A stretch of DNA of 64,000 nucleotides. Source: Hemiscyllium ocellatum (Eukaryota). The position numbers and the translations under genes were made by a program. The notes under the pieces are model-generated. The model searched no databases. It saw only the letters and a program-made list of their open reading frames with translations, and was not told the origin of the DNA. Numbering within the stretch: the stretch's first letter is position 1; the number at the start of each line of letters is the position of its first letter. Below, in pieces: positions 63,385 through 64,000 of this stretch. The stretch lies in NCBI RefSeq assembly GCF_020745735.1, contig NC_083408.1:84226484-84290483 (forward strand), written 5' to 3'.

Positions 63385-63962
63385 TTTCTCCATTCACAGG
63401 ATGGGGGCAGCACTGAAATTGCCCGTCATTGGTGTCCCTTGGAAAGGTGGTGATGAACTATCTTATGATCTGCCATTTGGGAGGGAGTTCCAGGACTTTG
63501 ACCCAGCAACACTGAATGGGCAGTGATATGTTTCCAAGTCAGGATAGTGAGTATTGGAGGGAATTTTGCAGCTGGTGCTATTCCCATGTATCTGCTGCCC
63601 TTATCCTTCTAGATGGTAGTGGTTGTGGGTTTGGATGGTGCTGTCAAATGAGACTCGGTGAATTTCTGCAGAGCATTTCGTAGACAGTTCACACTGCTGC
63701 TGAGAACCACCAGAAGAGGGAGGGAGGAAGTTAATATGGTTGCAGTTTCAATCAAGTGAGATGCTTTGTCCATTACACTTTTGACTTGTACCTTTGTAGA
63801 TGATGGACAGGTTTTGGGGAGTCAAAAGGATAGTTGATCCCTGCAGTATTCCTAGCCTTTGACTTGTACATGAAGCCACCATATTTATACAGTTAAAAGT
63901 CACACAACACCAGGTTACCATATTTATATGGCTAGTCAAGCTTCTTTGTGGTCAATGGTAAC
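63385..63962 (-). mobile_element. LINE 3' fragment (L2/CR1 group)
   Basis: Aligns with 10400-10737 and, reverse-complemented, with 56776-57215. Confidence 0.7.
63890..63916 (-). mobile_element. 27-bp PLE family C micro-insertion
   Basis: cagttaaaagtcacacaacaccaggtt (compare 28466-28486) flanked by perfect 12-bp TSD ACCATATTTATA at 63878-63889 and 63917-63928. Confidence 0.8.
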
Positions 63963-64000
63963 CTCTTAAAATAATCAACAGTGTCATATCGTTATGTTTT

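Noticed and set aside
1-64000. Prokaryotic or viral system (operon, defence island, endogenous virus)
   Set aside because: No long intact ORFs or gene-dense organisation; composition and repeats are those of vertebrate non-coding DNA

Overview
AT-rich, CpG-depleted vertebrate genomic DNA. I found no intact host protein-coding exon, so it is probably intergenic or deep intronic. The repeat content (HE1-type V-SINE, HER1/CR1 LINEs, L2 remnants, Penelope-like elements) points to a cartilaginous fish, probably a shark (inference). The window is mostly decayed retroelements: one near full-length CR1 with a zinc-finger/esterase ORF1 (about 34.1-38.2 kb), many CR1 and L2 fragments, SINEs, a Gypsy-type LTR+PBS+gag remnant, a solo LTR and a processed RPS15A pseudogene. 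The most striking signal is at least five sequence-distinct families of Penelope-like element (PLE) termini. All carry the same minimal type-I hammerhead ribozyme architecture (stem I-CUGAnGA-N-stem II-GAAA-palindromic 2 nt-UH-stem I), with family-specific stems that remain complementary. They occur as large RT/GIY-YIG elements with inverted termini, about 200-bp fold-back minis, single-arm inserts and a 27-bp micro-insert, most with 11-19 bp target-site duplications (TSDs). One fold-back copy encloses about 225 bp that is also found 1.8 kb away. Coordinates were read by eye; boundaries of old repeats are approximate, and family names are from recognition, not database search.
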